Below, piece after piece: positions 38,101 to 53,100 of a DNA stretch of 64,000 nucleotides. This stretch comes from Chiloscyllium plagiosum (taxonomy: Eukaryota). The notes under the pieces are model-generated. The model did not search any database and had not been told where the DNA came from. It saw only the letters and a program-made list of their open reading frames with translations. Where the stretch lies: assembly GCF_004010195.1 (NCBI RefSeq), contig NC_057718.1:100572411-100636410 (forward strand), in the 5' to 3' direction. The number at the start of each line of letters is the position of its first letter. Within the stretch, counting starts at the first letter, position 1. The position numbers and the translations under genes are program-made.

Positions 38101-41100
38101 CGCTTACTTTGTTTCCCATAATACCTGGAGGTGTCCCTGGGGACAGCAAACAGAACCCAAGCCTCTCCTCAGCTATAGAAATCGTTGTAGCTCAAACCTT
38201 CCAAACAGAGAGTCAAAGTCAACCTAATGAAAGAGAAGCAAATGTTTGATGTGCCATTTAGAGCAAGAAAAAGTTAAAGGATATTGGAAAAATATTTTAA
38301 TAACCAGAGCTGGTGTCAGAACAGGAAATGAAACTAACAAGGGATAACTGGCAAACCATATCCATCACAGCAATCCCACTCCTCTTGAAAATACTAAGTT
38401 ATTTCCAGTCACCACTTTTTTCAATATTTGAGATGTGCATCCAAATAACCAACATACTGTTCCAGTGATACCCTATATTTTAAACTTTTTCTGTGAGCTC
38501 ATGCCTGACAAAAATAGCCTGTTTCTGATCTCACGTTCTTTTGAAGTTCATTGTTATTACAAGTCCATCTCCTAAAGCAAGTGTTTAACCGAAATTAATT
38601 CAAAGCACATATAGCTTGTACACTCAGACAGAATCAAGATAATGTACCAAACATGTAATTGTTCAGAACAGACATCAGCTGGCTTTACAGGATTCCTACT
38701 TCCAAGAAGCTGTTGTGAATTTGCCATCCATTAAAATCTACTAGGAGAAAGTGAGGATTGCAGATGCTGGAGACCAGAGTTGAAAAGTGTGGTGCTGGAA
38801 AAGCACAGCAGGCCAGGCAGCTTCCGAGGAGCAGGAGAATCAACGTTTCGGGCATAAGCCCTTCTTCCTCACTACAGTTGACTCATACTCCTTCGAACTT
38901 TTCCTCTTCATGAATTTATCAAAATGTCTTTTAAACATAAATATACCCACATCCCACTACTTCCTCTGAAAGTTCATTCCACACACTAATAACTGTAAAA
39001 GGATTGCCCCTTGTCTTTAAATTGTTCTCCTCTCAGCTTAAAAATATGCCCATTGGTCTTGAAATTCCCCACCCTAGGGAAAAGACACCTGCCACTCACC
39101 CTATCTGCTCTCGATCATCAGTAAAGTGATAGCACTGTTGATGACCCCATCTATCAGCACCTCCTCAGCAGTAACTGCTCAGTAATGCCCAGTTTAGGTT
39201 CTGCCAGGGCCACTCAGCTCCTGACCTCATTACAGCCTTAGTCCAAACATGAACAAAGTAACTGAACTCCAGAGATGAAGTGAGAGTGACAGCCCTTGAC
39301 ATCAAGGCTGCATTCGAGTGAGTGTGGCATCAAGAAGCCTTGGCAAAACTGGAATCAATGAGTTTCGGGGACAAACTCTCCAGTGGTTGAAGTCATACCT
39401 GACACATAGGAAGATGGTCGTGGTTGTAGGAAAAAAGTAATCTCAGCTCCAGGGCACTTCTGTAGGGTAGCATCCTAGGCCCAATCATCTTCAGCTGCTT
39501 CATCAAAGACCTTCCCTTCATCATTAAGGTCAGAAGTGGTGATGATTGCTGATGATGGCACAATGTTCAGCACCATTTGTGACTCCTCAGATACTGAAGC
39601 AGTCCATATTCAAATGCAACCAAATCTGGACAATATCCAGACTTGGGCTAACAAATGGCAAGTAACATTCACACCACACAAATGCCAGGCAATGACCATC
39701 ACCAATAAGAGACAATGAAACCACTGCTCCATGGCATTCAATGGTCACCTAAATTGAATCCCCCACTAACATCATCCTGAGGGTAATCATTGACCAGAAA
39801 CTCAACTGGACTCACCACATAAGCACAGCGACTACAAGAGCAGGTCAGAAGCTAGGAATACTATGGCAAGTAATTCACCTCCTGAATTCTCAAAGTCTGT
39901 CCACCATTTCCAAGGCACAAGTCAGGAGTGTGATGGAATACTCCCCACTTGCCAGGATGAGTATAGCCCCAACAACATTCAAGCAGCTTGATAACATCCA
40001 GAACATCAACTCTCTCCACCACCAACGCTCAGTAGCAGCAGTGTGCACGATCTTCAAGCTGCATTGCAGAAATTCACCAGAAGTCCTCAAACAGCACCTT
40101 CCAAACCCATGAATACTGTCATCTAGAAGGACAAGGGCAGCAGAAATATGAGAACATGACCACCTTGAAGTTCTCCTCCAAGTCACTCACCATCTTGACT
40201 TGGAAACATATTGCCATTCCTTCACTGTTGCTGGGACAAAATCCTGGAATTCCCTCCCTAATGGGATTGTGGGACAACCCACAGCAGGTGGACTGAAGCG
40301 GTTCAAGAAAGTAGCTCACCACTACCTTCTCAAGGGCAACTAGGGATGGCAATAAATGCTGGCCAGCCAGCAATGCCCACAAATGAACAAACCAAACCCT
40401 CATGACTTTATAAACTTCTGTGAAGGTCACCCCTCAACCTCTTACGTTCCAGTGGAAAAGAGTTCCAGCCTATTCAGCCTCACCCTATAACTCAAACCCT
40501 CCATTCCCAGCAACATCTTGGTAAATCTCATCTGAACCCTCACCAGCTTAACATTGTTCCCATAACAAGGCAGCCAAGAACTGCACATAGTACTCCAGAC
40601 CAGGCCTTACCAACATCCCAACTCAAGGTCTGAGCAATTAAATGCCTTCTTAACCAGTGTGTGTGTGATTTAAGCTTCAAATAATTATGCATCTGAACCC
40701 CTATACCTCTCTGTTCTACAACATTACCCAAGGCCTGCTTTGCTTTTAATTGCACAAGTCCTGCCTATTTGTTTTACCAAAATGCAATAACTTGCACTTA
40801 TTCAAATTAAAATCCATCTGCCACTCCTTAGTCCATTGACACAAAAGTGATCAAGATCTCTTTGTACTCTTAGATAACCTTCTTCACTGTCCACATTTTT
40901 AAAACCAATCTTGGTGTCATCCACAAATTTACTAACCATGCCTTCTATATTCTCATTGAAATCATTTATGTAAATGACAAATAAAAGTGGACCCAGCACC
41001 AATCCCTGTCACAATGTCTGATGCTCTGCCCTCAATCTTCTGGGTTACTTCCTCAAAAAAGCTCAAACAAGTTTGTGAGACACATGGTCCTCACACAAAA

Positions 41101-44100
41101 CCATGCTGACTATCCATAATCATTCCTTGCCTTTCCAAATGCATATAAATCAAAGTTTTCAGAATCACTTCCAATAACTTACAACTACCCCGAAGTCAGA
41201 ATCACAGGTCTATACGTTTTGTGAAACATGCTTGACATGTCAAATATTTTGAGCTCCTATATACTTCAGAACAGCCTAGAATGAGAAAGGACAGAACAAT
41301 TGAGTCCGGTATGATTCCCAGTTCTGAAGGGAAACACTCGACACAAAATGTTAATTGTTTTTCTCTCTGCACAGATGCTGCCAGACCTGTTTGAGTTTCT
41401 CCAATATTGCGTTTATTTCAGATTTCCTTTACTGAAATGATCTCAATGTGCTAGGCAAATATAAAAGATAACAGTAAACCATCTCTTCTCCATCATCCAC
41501 CCAACATGTGGGTGGATTCTTGCTCAGCAGCCTCAAAAGAAATCAAAGGAAAAGATCAGAGAAAATTATGGGAGTGAGTGAATTGGGTGTCAGAAAAACA
41601 ATAAAAAGCCCTGGGCAAAGAAAGGTTACAGCAAAAATGTGGAAAAGCTACAAGACAAATTTTACGTTGTACCTTATGAGCTCAGTGACATTTATGTATT
41701 CTGCTGCTTGAGTTTTTTCCACTGGGATCTACATATTTGTATTATTTTTCACAGCACTTCACTTGGCTGGTTACCCAAGACTGCTAATAAAACTTTGAAG
41801 TATTTTAAGTCATTTCATTGATGTCTCAGTGTTAAACTTTGTTTAGTGATTTCCTGTAAAGTATCTAGGAATGTTTTATAACAGTATGTTATACTAACAG
41901 TTAAATAACAACTAATTTTAAGTCCTGTGGTAGCATGGATATAGAAATAAAATTAGTTTCCAGTTGCATCTATCATTTGCTCATGATATCTTGAAGAAGC
42001 TTTATATCTTTCTGAAGCACATGTCACTTTGTTCCATTATTTTAAAATGCTGGTGGTTCTTCTATAACGCACGTACCATCACCACAAATTGGCTATAACA
42101 CAACTGATGAATTGTGGTTGTTTGCATAATGCAATCATTTTGCTGAATGGATATGGAGGGTTTTCCATAGCACCATCTTCTCCAGTGCAATTTTCTATAG
42201 CGCGAGGTTGCAGTGGAACACAACTATTGCATAACGTCCTCTAGATGGTAATGAGAAAAAATATAGATCCCGAAAAGCAGTTGTTTCTTTATTGACTACA
42301 ATTTAGGGCAGTTAATTTTCTTCCTGACACGTATCAGTGCAAGAAGAGGATGCTTCTTAGAACATGAAACAAAAGATTAAAAGTTCTATTTACACAGCTA
42401 TATATGCCTGAATTGCATAAATGACTGAGGATAAATGCTTAAGTATTCTAGTTAAGTGTACATCAAGTATTGTAGTTACACACAAATTGAGAAACTATGA
42501 TGCATTGTAAAGCCAAAGCACAATAACAGAAAAAAAAATTACCAGGGAGGAATTCTGCCAGCAGAGAGCTTCCCCTTCTGTGCTTCATTTAACAGTTTAT
42601 TTGCAACTAAGATTGGATTCTTGACCCCTAAAAATAAGATTAGATACCATTTAATATACTTCACCTCACAAATGCTGAGCAGTATCTTTAATACATTTTA
42701 GTCAGAGTAATTTTATATTCCTCTTACTGCACTTCATTACATGACAAAGGTAGCCCACTGGCTGCCAAGTGTTTGCGACATTGAGTTTGTAAAAGCTGCT
42801 ACATAAATGCAACTCTGCCTTCCCTTTGGTAGTCTTGGCCCATTCATCCCAATTTCACAAAGTCCCTTTAAAATACAAACCAACCAATCCAGAAATAACT
42901 ATGTTAGCAATTCCTTTATTTGTATGAGATGCAACTAGTCATCCACTTTCATACTTAGCTTAAAGTAAAACTTTCATAATTAATTCTCATTATATTGCTT
43001 GTTTTGTTTTTGCACATATTCAAAAAGGCTCAAAATAATGGATGTTTTTTTCTCAATACAGATATTTACAGAAGGACAGACCAAGTTTGTGTAGAAGATA
43101 ACATACAAAACATGTATAGCTCTTCATTCGGGAATACACAAATTTGCTCTAGGACCCTAGAATATGAACTAGAGCAGAACTCGAGAACCCTTAAAACTAT
43201 GTAGTTTAAAAGTCTTCGTTACACTTTTCAGGAGATGACAAACAATAGGCGTGAAGTCACTTGCCCACAATTCCAAACCAAAAAGACCTGAATTCTTTTC
43301 TGCAGCACTTGGTCAAGACATGGCCATAGCCTATAGATAGGATTTGCTGCCGTGACCTGCACACCCTCATAATAGGATAAATAATCTTTATAATAAAAAT
43401 GCAAGACATACAATTCTATATTGTAATCTCATTGAAGGGTCAAGATTTGAAGGAGTAAAGATGACATGGCTTTTGACAGTGAACTTAATCTCAAACTATA
43501 GCTGCCTTAATGTGATGTTTCTTGATACTTCCAACATACTCTGTGGACCATGCACAGATTTATTCAGTACAGAAAATGCTCTATGGCTGCATCTTGTGTG
43601 CCAATTTTTGAGTTGTTCAAATAATTTATTAAAATCAGAATGTTATGTTTAAATAACGAGTGCTATGGGAGAATTTGGGTCCCATAAAGTTCTTAGAATC
43701 ATGGAATCCATACAATATAGCAGGTCATTCAGCCCATTGAGTTCACAGTGACCCAAAGAGCATCCCACCCAGACCTATCCTACTCCTGAAACCATGCATT
43801 CCCACTGCTAATCCGTCTAACCTGCACATCATTTGCTTGTGGGAGAAACCAGAGCACCTGGAGGAAACCGATGCAGACATGGAGAATGTGCAAACTTGTC
43901 ATATAGAAACTGAAGTGGAGAATACGGTTTCAATTCAAGAAAGAGATGTTTAAAAAAAAGGGAACATTTGATTGATTAATAGGCACTAGATCAGTAGGAC
44001 AGATAATACAAAAAATGACAGGCTCAAAAAAAAAACATTAACCTTTTTACAAGGGGAATTTAGGGTTTAGAATTCAACAAAATTCAGTCGGAAATGTGAA

Positions 44101-47100
44101 AAGATGTGAGGGAAAGAGATTTGTAAAGTCTCTTACCCTAAATATTAGTGATCTTTAGATGCAATGTGATAAATGCGGTAGATTGAGGGAGTTAATGAGG
44201 TAGGATTAGATGCTCAACTGGTATGAAATCAACTTAACTTCAGCAACATACAACTTCTATTACATGATTATTAATTTCAAATTCATCTTTTCTCCATATA
44301 AATTTATAAAACTATGCTTGAAACAAGGTCCTGTTCAGTATTCTAACACCATAAATATCATATTGCAAATCATTCTTCCAACTCCAACAAAGAAGGAAAA
44401 CACATGGTTACCAGCTGTGTAATTTTATTTTTCTAACATTTACATAACAAATAACTGACTAAGTTATGTGGTCAAGCTCATTGGTGGTTAAAAAAAAAAA
44501 TAATGACACAGCTAGCAGCCATGTACTCTTGATTTAGAAAATATACAAACAGATTTATTTAAAAAAAAACTTGAGCAAAGTGTTACACGAATTTAACAGT
44601 ATTTTTGTCTTGTACTATTGAGTGTTTTGTCACAATGCTTCATTATGGCAATGACCATCATCTTTTGGAATGGAAGTGTTAAAAAGGTGTTCATTCTTGA
44701 TTTAAGTCATAACTCCTCACTGGTATAATTCTTTTCCATAAATTTGTACCAGCTTTTGTGAAGTTGTTTATTATTCATCTTGTCACAGCATTTCCTCTTC
44801 AATTAGGTTGAATAGGTTACCAGAGCATCTTCTTTCTAGGAATTGCAAGCTGCTTAAAAATCAAATCAATTCAGTACTCAACATCCATGAAAAACCCAGC
44901 CTGCAAAACAATTTTTACATTGTTATGTTATGTTAGGACTAACATTATGGAGGGAATATAATATCAAAAGATATGAAAATGCTACAAATTAATCCTTAAA
45001 AACTCTTGATCAAATATATCTGAGAATCTCTGCTGCCTCCAGTACGAGAACACAATAACCTCAAATTTCATACATGTTGAATGGGAGCACCAAGTACACT
45101 GCATTCTTCCACATACCCAACAACAAACTGCACTTATATAGTGCTTTTATAACAGCATCATAAATCAAGCTGTTTTAGAGAAAATGGATATTGAGCTAAA
45201 GAATGAGAAATCAAAAAAAGGGTGACCAAATAGATGAATTTCGAAAAGTACCTTGGAGGGAGGCAGCTGGAGAGATAGAAGAGTCTGATGAGAGCGTTCT
45301 GGAATGAGAGTTCTACAGTCACCAATAGTGAAAGGAAGAAGGGAAAAAAAAAAGAGGTGGAAGAAAATGAAGTACAATTGACTGAAGTGTTTCAGTCTTA
45401 ATGCCATTGAAATCATGAGCTCCCAGAAAATATTTTTGAAGGTGAGACGAGGTATAAAGTTCTGAAGGAAAGTCTCTAGAGCCAAAACATTCAGTATTTT
45501 CTTTCCACAAATGCTGCCAAACCTTGTGCGTTTTTCCAGCAATTTCTGATTTCCAGTGCAGACTGTTCTTTGCTTTTTTTTTGAGGTATAAAGTGATTGT
45601 ATCTCTTTTGAATGAATAACTAAGAATGTCATTGCTATCCAGAATGATTTATGTAGTGGCTGGTTTTTGTAGATGACAGACATCTCAATGTTTGATGTGT
45701 TTTGCCAGTTGCGTTATAAACTGTTGAACCAACTGTACATCACATTTGCACAAATTTAGGCCTCTTCAACTTGACTGATGCAAACTTGAAGCTTCACCAG
45801 GAGTAATGCTTTACCAGGAGTAATGCTTTACATGTAATTGAGGGGATCAAAGCGGAGGGTGAGGGAGTGATTGAACAAATTGACAGGTGAAGCATGACAA
45901 ATGCAAGATAAAGTGTAGGCAGTTGGTTGTCTGAAAGTGCAGTTGTCAATGACTTGGAAGAGATTTCCTCAGTGCAAAAAGTGAAGTTGGCCTCATGTTG
46001 AGATGTGGAATGGTGAGAGATAGAAAAAAGCAATCTGTGGTCAAGGCCATAAAAACAAAACTTAGATTTATATGGCACTATAAGTCACCTAGCAAGTTGC
46101 ATCATAGAATGGACAAAGTACTTGCATATATACATTTGTTAAAGTCCATCCAGTATGGGATAAGGGAATTTGAGCAGGAGTAGCAAGCAAATAGGAAAAG
46201 ACAATAGATTGATATTAGTAGAACTACAAAATGAGTGTTTAGCAGAAATCTGCCAAAATCAAGAGCCCCGTTCTGCCCTGGAAATGAGAGGTTTAAGAAA
46301 AGGCCATGTGCAAAATTAATATCTTTAGAAGAACAGAGCTGGTTGCTAAATAACATCTACTCTCCTGTGCAGTACTTGGATGAGGAGAAGAATATAATCT
46401 AGAAGATGCCAAATTAAGGAATAATGAATGTAATAATTATTTTTAGTATGGATGATGGGTGTACTTTTAACATGCAAAAGGATAAATTAAAACTTTCTAA
46501 ATATACTTATTTATGGCAGCCTGTTTGTGGAGTACCCCTAAATGTGTGGCCCAATCATATGAAATTCTTGATAACATTCTGAAATTTTCTGAAGACAATC
46601 TGGGCAAAATTGTTTGGAAAATGAAGCTATTGAATGAAATCAGGCACATTAAAGTATGTGGTGGGGGTGTGATACAGAAACTGAAATTAATCGACTGAAT
46701 TATTTAATAAACTTGCAGAGGCAGTTGACAAAGGTAATGCAGTTATTACTGTGCACATAGTAATCATTGTGCTGTTGGACATCGAAGTTGTTTAAGGCCA
46801 GCAAGCAGAGAGCAATTGACGCCTGATTAGGGACACGCATTGAAGAGTAATCCCTTGGCTAATATTATGGCCATTGCTCTTTTTGATGTATACTATGACC
46901 TACTCGAGTGAAGGGAATAATTTCAGAACTTGTAAATACACCAAATATGGAGGACAACAACGGCAGGTATTTGGCATATGGAATTGAACTCAATTATCTA
47001 GAATACAAGGTGAGGTAATATGAACTGAACAATCCAAGCAGGAGAGTCAGACAGATAGCCTTGGGTCCAACCAGTCCATGCCGACCATAATCCCAATCTA

Positions 47101-50100
47101 AACTAGTCCCTCTGTCTCCGCTTGGCCTATATCCCTCCAAACATTTCTTATTCATATACTTAATGTCTTTTAAATGTTGTAATTGTATCCATGTCCACCA
47201 CTTCTTCAGGAAGTTCATTCCATACACAAACAAGTTTTTTTAAAATGAACCTCATGTCTCCTTTAACATCTTTCTCCTCTCACCTTAAAAATAGGCCCCC
47301 TAGTCTTGAAATCCTCCACCCTAATGTTATGACATGGGGTAAACCACCGTTGTTAATTTAAAGCTGCGCCACAGAAATGATTTAAGCATGCTGTAATCTG
47401 TTAAAACTTAGAGAGGCAAAAAACGATCCCAAAAGTCACTAAGTAAAAATTAACAACTTTAATTTTTAAAAGTCTAACAGAGAATAGTTAACTTACAACA
47501 ATTTACAAATCCTTCCTCTAACCTATCGTTTATTTTCCCTTCTATAATACTAGTCCAATAAAACCCCGATTAAGATTTACTAAAATTCAAATTTCAAAAC
47601 CAGCCAGTTGTTGAATCTTCTCTTGGTATCTTCCTCTCTAGATTTACTACTTCTTAGGGATTTGTTTCACAGGTCACTGATCGATAAATGTACCTTTAAG
47701 AAAGCTATTTTTCCAGGCAGTCTGCAGATGGTTTCCTGGTCTTATAACCCCAAAGCATCGGATTGTGTCACTGGCTTTTAATATTGTCAATACTAAATTC
47801 AAACTTGGATTGGAGTTTGGTATTTTTGGGCTATAATTTAAAACTGATTGGCCGAATTCGAATTTGTTTTTGTATCCAGGCAACCAGCTACTGGATCAAA
47901 TGTTACAATGTAACTTCTAAGCCCTTCACTCTGTTAAAAGGCACAGTATACTCCTACATCTTCATAACACTAGGGAAAAGATATTTGTCATTCACCTTAT
48001 CTATACCCCTCATGATTTTATCACCCTCTATAAAAAGGTCACTTGTCAGCCTGCTAAGCTCCAGTGAAAAAAGTCCCAGCCTATCTTCAGTTCCAGCTCA
48101 AAACCTCCATGCCCGGCAACAACTTGATAAATCTCTTTTGAACCACCGCCAGCTTAATAATATCCTTCCTGTAACAGGGAGACCAGAACCAGACACCGTA
48201 CTCCAAAAACGGCCTCACCAATGTCCTGTACAACCTTAACATAACATCCCAACTCCTATACTATAATAGAGGAATCAAGAAGAGGGACATGTGTATGTAC
48301 ACAAATTTTAAAGATGGCAGGACAAGTGGAAAATGCCACTAAATCAGCAGTGTACAGGAGCCATATCTTTATCCAGAGGCATGGAGTACAACACAAGGAA
48401 GAAAACTTTTATACAGCATTAGTTGGACCTCACCTAGAGTAGAGCTATTCATGCACCATGCTTTAAGAATTTTAAGGCATTAAAGGAAATACCAGAAATA
48501 AGAGACATCAGTTCTTTGGAGAGATAGACAAGCTAGGGTTGTTCTCTTTCGAGAAGAGAATGTTAGGTGGAGAATTGTTGGAGATGTTTAAAATCATGAG
48601 GTTTTGACAGTCAGGATAGGGAGAAACTTACCAGTGAACGTTGGACAAAAGATTTCAGGATGATTAGCAGATGCAACATGAGGAAATACAATTCATTTAC
48701 AACAACTTACTATATGAACAGGTAATGGAAGTAAGATTCAGTGGTGACTTCAAGAGAATTAGATAAATTACTTGATGGCAAGAGATTTGCTATAGTAGTC
48801 AAGAAGTACATACCCCTGAGTGCTCCAACAGCCCCAAAATTCAATGATTTTCCATCCATTGTACTGGCATCACATTCTATATCCCCTGACAGATTAAGAT
48901 TGGATCCCATGCCTGCATTGGTGAAAGGAGAGTCCTAAAACAGAAAATGGTTTGATTTTAAATTACATTCTTCCATTGCAACATGCAGAGGAAATAAAAT
49001 GTGCATTTATTTTCCTGTTCTTCACGTGGAGGCCTGAAATTCAGATGGCCTGAATCCAAGTTTAAGGAATTGAGATTGCTTCATATCACATGCTACAGGA
49101 TGGTCACAGTATTCATTATCCACTTAGTATTACTTTCCCGCATTCTTAGAATGCACTCATGATGCTATCCAAACAAAGGCGGCCAATACTTTGTTTTTCA
49201 AAGTTTGTATCAAACCAATAGATAACTGTTTTGGAGTCTTTTGTTAACATCAAAATGCATTTTAACATTGTCACTTAGACTCTTTAGTGCAGATATTCTG
49301 CTACAGAAGGGGTTGTACTTCCATTCAGACTATGGAAAAGGCTGGAGGATTAACCAGATTCCAAAATACATAATACTCCATAGTCAATTTTTCAATATCA
49401 CTGTCAAGCAGAGCAATTATCTCCTCCTTTCAAATAGTGTTTAACTGTTGGAGTGGGAGAGGAAAGCTTCAGAACTGCAAGACAACTCCATCACAGTGGT
49501 ACGTAAAGATGATTCTCAATGAAAAGGGAATGAAGCCTTACTCAGGATGTTCATCTGGTCATTACCAAATAAAGTTAAAAATCACAATACCAGGTTATTG
49601 TCCAACAGTCTTAATTGGAAGCACTAGCTTTCGGAGCACTACTCCTTCATCACCTGGTGAAGGAACAGCGCTCCGAAAGCTAGTGCTTCCAAATAAACCT
49701 GCTGGACTATAACCTGGTATTGTGTGATTTTTAACTTTGTACACCCCAGTCCAACACCGGCATCTCTATATCATGATTACCAGATAACACAATGTAGAAT
49801 CAAATTATTTGTATTGCCTACTGGATTAAACATTTATTCGCTCCAACTTTAAAAATACATTTCATTGTAGTTTATAACAGGCTTCTTCAAAAAGGGAGTT
49901 AACTCAATAAAATATGTCATCGTCTTAATGACTAGCAAGGTGCTAAGAGTCCTTTCTTTTCCATATTTCAATTCAGCAGAGATAAAAGCTTCTCTGTGAA
50001 AGCTACCATTTGCAGTGAACACAAGTAAAGACTTTAAAGAGAGCAAGCAGAAATATTTGACCACACCCTTTGTTGTAATAGTTCATACAGATGAAAAAGT

Positions 50101-53100
50101 AATATATGTCTGAAGGAAAATCAATACAATCCTAAAAACTAAAAAACATTCATGTCACTATAAAAGCTTAACTGCAGACCTTTGATGACTTTTTAAAAAG
50201 AAAAATTATAGAGGAATAGATTTCAATTTGGCTGCTTCAAGTACCGCACTCTTTTCTTATTTGGTCTGGAATTCTGCTCAAGGAAAGATATTAAAAATAC
50301 ATGCCCCAGTTTAAAGGCCAAATGTCAGGATCAAGAATTCAGGTGGGGTGTAGCACAGTTAAATGTAGACAATAGTTTTCTCTGTCCTGCTGCAAATACA
50401 AAGTTGTGCCAGTCTCAGATTTTTCCCATTTCCTACAAGTCATTGTGTGCATTTCAAGTGAGATTGCAAATTGGCACTGATTTTGGGGCAGTTTCATGCT
50501 GGGGGCCATGACTAAAACCACAAAACCAGAGTCCTTTACCAGAAGACAGTGAAAATTTTCATTACATCAGTCTGTGCACGATCGGTTATTGTTTGATCAT
50601 GAATTCAAAATGACCAATTCTATTTTGTATCCTTCCCTCACCATAGTTTGAATCTCAATTCCAATTCAAGTGAGTATAACAAAATTAAGTTGAAAAGAAA
50701 AACCCGTTAACACAAAAATTAGAAAAATAGTTACACCAATAACAATGGGTTTCACCAATAAGATAAAAAGAGACAGGGGTTTTGTTTTAGGTGTACATTT
50801 AATACTTCTGAAGGATTAAAAAGAATGTCACCTAAACATTTTCTAATGCAAATGTACTAACATTATTTTCAGTCTTCATTATAATTTAAACCTGATGGAA
50901 TACAAGCTGTCAGGATTAGTTATCTCAGCAAAAACATCGTTGACGTTGGGGATCTTTAAAAACTGAATTTACTGTGTAGCATAAGATTACACTTAACAGC
51001 TACTACAGCAGTACTTAAACTTACCAAAGAATTCTACCATATGAAAACTAAAGGGAAAAAATTATAAAAAGTGGTCACAACGTCCATTGAACAAGCATCA
51101 ACAATTCATTTGGTGCCAAATGCACCCCAGTGTTAAAATTTGTAGTATTTGTTCTTAAAAAGATTGGAAAACTAACCCTCAGATAAAAGGTGTAAAAGGA
51201 GACAATGCTCATCCAACATTTGAGTGTTGTCCTATGGCTGCTGACCAAAAGGGTTCAGACAACTGATAACACAGTGTAAGCTACCTGCCCCTATGAATAT
51301 GATAAAGTACCAAGCTGAAAAAGGAGTATTCAGGATATGTGGCACTAAGTCAATTCAGTGCTGGGACGTGGAGAGGTCAGGAAACAGATTCCAATCTGAA
51401 GAGAGGTCAAATTTGCACTGGAGGATCCACACTGGGACCAATACTGTAAACCTAGGGGCAGAGTTTGGGGGGGGGGGGGGGGGGTCTTTTGTTGAGAGTT
51501 TCCTTCCAACAGAAATTGCAGACAGCAGTTCTCATTAGGTGAGCTCCAGAGAGCAATATTGACCAAACAGATGGAAGATTGACCCAAGGACAGGGGAAAG
51601 ACCAAGGGAAGAGTTCCCTAATACCTCAACTAAACAGCATGATGCTGCCCCCACAATTTTAACAGGACCAAAAACAATTCTGCACCAACAGCCTCTGGTA
51701 TCAGTTAACCATTCCCAATTGTCACAGTTGTATGAATTTGTTTAATTTTTAAAAATCTCATTTGTTGCAACTTCAAACTTAATTATCAAAAGTTAAGTAA
51801 ATTGTTGACTGCCAATATTAGATAGCATAATTGCACATCCTGAAAAACAGCAGCATAATTGGGCGGCACAATGGTTAGCACTGCTGCCTCACAGCGCCAG
51901 AGACCTGGGTTCGATTTCAGCCTCAGGCAACTGTCTGTGTGGAGTTTGCACATTCTCCCATGGTCTGCGTGGGTTTCCTCTGGGTGCTCCGGTTTCCTCC
52001 CACAGTCCAAAAATGTACAGGTTAGGTGAATTGGCCATGCTAAATTGCCCACAGTGTCAGGGGAAGGTGTAAATGTAGGGGAATGGGTCTGGGTGGGTTG
52101 CACTTCGGAGGGTCAGTGTGGACTTGTTGGGCCGAAGGGCCTGTTTCCACACTAAGTAATCTAATTTTCATAAAAAAGGACAGAAATATAGAAAACGTTC
52201 CATAAGTTATAAAGCAAGTAATCATAAATGGTTCTGACCAAACTACTTTGTCACCTAGCATTTCAATCTACAGATGTCAAGAATTCTGAACTCCTATTCA
52301 AGGAAGTAATGAAATACTTTGCTGCTCATATTCTTACCTCAAGCTCAATAAGAGCTGCCGTAACTACATCAACAGCTAGAACTCCAGCTTGCAGCTTCTC
52401 TATTGCCTGAAAGAAAAGTAGGCTTCTGGTCAAAATGTCTTCATCACAAAATTAACCTAAAACTGATAAAAACAATGTTCTGCTTTGAAAAAAAAAGAGA
52501 CTGTCTACATTTCATGACTTCTTTGAAAATGTTTCAATCGATTTATACACTATGCAAGCTAAACTATCAGAAAGCTAGATTCTCAATATAGTAAGGTTGT
52601 AGTATCAAATAGCTGGTAGCAGATATTCCTACCTTTTGACAAGCTTTCTTACATACTTGTTTATACTCCTTGGCTTTTGACTCAGAATGATAGCCTGCCC
52701 CTGAAATAAACAAATTTGGAAATAATTAATAGAAAATTTAGTAAATCATGATTGCATAACAAATTTTATTGAATTACATTATCCACTTTGTGGAGGCATC
52801 CAGAGATTGTTGGGCATCTTTTAAAAGAAAAGATCAGAGAGCTCCTCAAATGCCCGTAAGAAGTGGGTATTGCCTACAGCACTAACCTACATGGATCACA
52901 TGATCCAAAGCTCAAAAAGTAGTTTGTACTTCATTAGCTGATTGGAACTAAGATAACAAACAGGATGACACTACAGTGCTACAAAGACTTCAAAAGCATC
53001 CAGAGTCCTACTAATAAAAAGATAATAATTGGAAGCAAAGTGTATTGAAAGGGGAGATCAAAAATTGTATAGGGTGTAATGCGGTCTTCTTTCCTGACAG

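Noticed and set aside
45165..45683. 172-aa Phe/Leu-rich minus-strand ORF
   Set aside because: Composition follows the local purine-rich strand bias, it crosses a repeat remnant, and it has no recognisable domain
45796..45829. 17-bp tandem duplication ACCAGGAGTAATGCTTT x2
   Set aside because: Only two units with no spacers; an ordinary local duplication, not an array
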